DNA of 64,000 nt from an uncultured Gemmatimonadales bacterium (lineage in GTDB: Bacteria; Gemmatimonadota; Gemmatimonadetes; Gemmatimonadales; GWC2-71-9): the NCBI GenBank assembly GCA_963842945.1, contig CAWJIM010000001.1:161440-225439 (forward strand), read 5' to 3'. Under the pieces are notes generated by a model. It saw only the letters and a program-made list of their open reading frames with translations, did not search any database and was not told where the DNA came from. Shown here piece after piece: positions 61,591 to 64,000 of this stretch (its first letter is position 1; every line of letters begins with the position of its first letter). A program made the position numbers and the translations under genes.

Positions 61591-62942
61591 GATGCGCTCC
61601 TCAGATCGGAAGCGGTCCGGTCCAGCGCGCTGCTGAGCCCGAGCACCAGTTCGTCAATCTGATCCTCATCGATCACATAGGGCGGCGCAAGCAGCGCCAG
61701 GTCTCCTGTCCCATCCTCCAGTTGGCCGGCATTGGGCCACACCATCACACCCGAGTCCATCGCCGCTGCCGCAAACCGCTCCGCCACGCGAAGTGATGGG
61801 TCGTAGGGCTGGTGGGTTTCGCGGTCGGCCACGAATTCGATTGCCGCCAGCAACCCTCGTCCCCGAATGTCCCCCACGAAAGGATGATCCCGGAGCTGCT
61901 CCAGCCTCTGGTGAAGCACTCGGCCCATCTCGGCGCAGCGCTCCACCAGGCGGTGTCGCCGGAGATACCGAAGCGTGGCCGTTCCCGCGGCGCAGAGCGT
62001 AGCATGGTGAGAAAACGTCTGCCCGTGGAGGAAGCTGCCGGAGCCGTTGGCCAGAACATCCACCAGCCGCCGCGGCGCCACCACTGCCGAGAGCGGCGCG
62101 TACCCGCCGGCGATCCCTTTGCCCACCAGCATCAGGTCGGGTACCACTCCGTACGGCTCCAGTGCCGACCAGGTGCCGGTCCTGCCGGCGCCACTCAGCA
62201 CTTCGTCCGCCACCAGAAGGATCTCGTACTGGTCGCAGAGCTCGCGCACCTTGCGCCAGAATGGCTGCGGGGGAACCGAGGCGCCGCTCGACGATCCGCC
62301 CACCGGTTCACCGATCAGGGCGGCAATGGTCTCGGGACCTTCCCGCAGAATCGTCTGTTCGATCGCCTCGCCGCTGCAGCTCGGGCACAGAGGAGCTTTA
62401 CCCCCGCAGCCGCAGCGATATGGATATGGCGCCGGAACCCGCACCACCTCCACCAGCCACTCTCGAAAAAGGGCGCGATTGGATTCTCTGGACGAGGCCG
62501 ACAGCGCGAGCAGCGTGTTCCCATGATAGGAGGGCATGAAGGCGAGGATCTTGTGCTTGCCGGTGCGGCCGGTCTCGACCCAGTACTGGCGGGCGAGCTT
62601 CAGTCCGGCCTCGACCGCTTCCGACCCGCTGCCCAGGGGATAGACCAGGTCCAGATCGCCGGGAGAGACCCGAGCCAGCTCGGCGGCAAACTCTTCCACC
62701 GCATCGTGGGTGAATACCGTCCCGCTCACATATGCGACTTTGGCCGCCTGGCAGGCCAGTGCTTCCGCGATCTCGCTGACGCCATGGCCCACGTTGACCA
62801 CGTACGCGCCGCCACAGCTGTCCAGATAACGGCGCCCCCCGTCGTCGTAGAGATAGCAGCCCTCCGCCCGGACGATGCGGGGGTACTCCCGCTTGAGCTT
62901 CCGGTAAAAGACGGCCGATTCGGGGTAGCGATGGCTGGGCAT
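61587..62942 (-). CDS. Class-III PLP aminotransferase
   Basis: SGSEAVE, SYHGNT, DEVLSG, GKGIAGGY (PLP Lys), LAPPY; start at MPSHRYP. Confidence 0.92.
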   Translation of the reverse strand: MPSHRYPESAVFYRKLKREYPRIVRAEGCYLYDDGGRRYLDSCGGAYVVNVGHGVSEIAEALACQAAKVAYVSGTVFTHDAVEEFAAELARVSPGDLDLVYPLGSGSEAVEAGLKLARQYWVETGRTGKHKILAFMPSYHGNTLLALSASSRESNRALFREWLVEVVRVPAPYPYRCGCGGKAPLCPSCSGEAIEQTILREGPETIAALIGEPVGGSSSGASVPPQPFWRKVRELCDQYEILLVADEVLSGAGRTGTWSALEPYGVVPDLMLVGKGIAGGYAPLSAVVAPRRLVDVLANGSGSFLHGQTFSHHATLCAAGTATLRYLRRHRLVERCAEMGRVLHQRLEQLRDHPFVGDIRGRGLLAAIEFVADRETHQPYDPSLRVAERFAAAAMDSGVMVWPNAGQLEDGTGDLALLAPPYVIDEDQIDELVLGLSSALDRTASDLRSAS

Positions 62943-62986
62943 GGGTGGATCGCGGAATGTGCTGGTGGTGGGAGGGCGACGCCAGG

Positions 62987-63020
62987 GCTCCCAGCTCCTA
63001 GCTCCCCGCTCTCCTGGCCC
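62987..63020. repeat. Heptamer array (GCTCCCA family)
   Basis: gctccca gctccta gctcccc gctctcct; same units as 29540-29569. Confidence 0.7.
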
Positions 63021-63091
63021 ATATTCTGCATATATCAGAAGGCGACGGCGGGGCCTCCGGGCCGCGCTTCGACCCTTTCTGCCAACGGAAC

Positions 63092-63550
63092 ATGCCATCT
63101 CCTCTCGTAGTCGACGCCTTACGCGAGCAGTTGCTCCGGGTGCTGGACTGGTACCGGCACCAGCGGCCGATTTTTAGCTGGGGGGTGGTGCTGCACCGCA
63201 GAAATGAGCGAGGCAAATTGCGGTTTGGGGCGGTAACTCCGGCGGGAGAAAGCCTGCTCCTGACCCAGCCGCTGCTGGGCTCGCTTTCGGAAGGTCCTTG
63301 CTGGCTGGATGGCGCGGTGCGAGTAAGGCTGGCATGCCGCCAGGTTACGCAATGTCACCCCTGGCTGGACGCCCTGCATCGGCCCGACCGGCCTCCCTTG
63401 GTAGAAGCGCTGGCCGTGTGCTTCGATCCCGACGCCTCAGCCGCCGAGTGCGAAGCCTTTCAGGCCATGGCCGGCACCCTGACTCCCTCGACTCTCCCCT
63501 CCGAACTCTTTCTCCTGCTCAAGAAGCGCTCGACTGGGTGGCCGTTGTAG
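63092..63550 (+). CDS. Hypothetical protein
   Basis: 152-aa ORF filling the gap between minus-strand genes; no recognised motif. Confidence 0.65.
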   Translation: MPSPLVVDALREQLLRVLDWYRHQRPIFSWGVVLHRRNERGKLRFGAVTPAGESLLLTQPLLGSLSEGPCWLDGAVRVRLACRQVTQCHPWLDALHRPDRPPLVEALAVCFDPDASAAECEAFQAMAGTLTPSTLPSELFLLLKKRSTGWPL

Positions 63551-63593
63551 GGAGCCAGGAGTCGGGAGAAGACGTCAGGAATCGCAAAAACCA

Positions 63594-63670
63594 TGTCATC
63601 CTGAGCGAAGCGAAGGATCTCTCCAAACCCTGAGAAGATCCTTCGGTCGTTTCACTCCCTCAGGATGACA
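63594..63670. repeat. REP-like long palindrome
   Basis: TGTCATCCTGAG...CGAAGGATCT / AGATCCTTCG...CTCAGGATGACA; could also act as a bidirectional terminator. Confidence 0.85.
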
Positions 63671-63709
63671 ACTCTCGTGACTCGCGACTGTGACTCGTGA
63701 CTCGCGACT
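63671..63709. repeat. Heptamer array (GACTCGY)~5 abutting the glutamine synthetase stop
   Basis: ctcgt gactcgc gactgt gactcgt gactcgc gact. Confidence 0.8.
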
Positions 63710-64000
63710 TACTTCAAAAACAACAAATCCCTATACGTCGGCAGCGGCCAGAGCTCCGCTGCGATGTGCGTCTCCAGAGCGTCCACCACCTCACGCAGCT
63801 CCGCCATGGCCGGCTTGAGCTCCCGGCTGATCTGAGTGGCGTGCTGCATCGGATCGGAAGCGTGGTGGGCCGAAGCTCGCTCCACTGCTGCTGTTGCCGT
63901 CCGGAGCCGGGTTACCAGATCCACGAAGCTCCTCAGAGCATCGAAAGAATCGTCACAGTCGACGCCTGCGGCCTTGGTCGCTGCAATGGCGGCCGCCAGA
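63709..64000 (-). CDS. Glutamine synthetase type III, 3' end (partial)
   Basis: C-terminal LREVVDALE...WPLPTYRDLLFLK typical of GSIII. Confidence 0.85.
   Translation of the reverse strand, partial: LAAAIAATKAAGVDCDDSFDALRSFVDLVTRLRTATAAVERASAHHASDPMQHATQISRELKPAMAELREVVDALETHIAAELWPLPTYRDLLFLK

Overview
High-GC, gene-dense core-chromosome segment. Gene order and protein style suggest a Gemmatimonadota-like bacterium (inference, not verified). Most genes are on the minus strand: L7Ae(partial)-nusA-rimP-pgeF-murA; gatCAB-pcrA-histidine kinase-serS; groES/EL with a CIRCE operator; a ~20 kb co-directional run (site-2 protease, scpAB, rluB, moxR-DUF58-bat genes, mutL, miaA, bshA, uppP, birA, coaX, UbiA-family, NlpC/P60); pyrR-pyrB-pyrC; tRNA-Ser(GGA); and a putative amine/omega-amino-acid catabolic cluster (two class-III aminotransferases, aldehyde dehydrogenase, two-subunit CoA-transferase, APC permease, exported hydrolases) next to the 3' end of a type III glutamine synthetase. 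At least seven genes carry small indels, mostly in homopolymers, most likely sequencing errors. No transposase, integrase, prophage or CRISPR array was found. The most striking unexplained signal is a set of about ten short 7/8-mer tandem arrays with consistent polarity. Purine-rich arrays begin at stop codons, complementary pyrimidine-rich arrays end at or overlap start codons, and at several junctions the two can pair into a hairpin bridging adjacent genes. Also notable are a 33-codon isocitrate-lyase/PEP-mutase gene remnant, two candidate sigma54 promoters and a REP-like palindrome.
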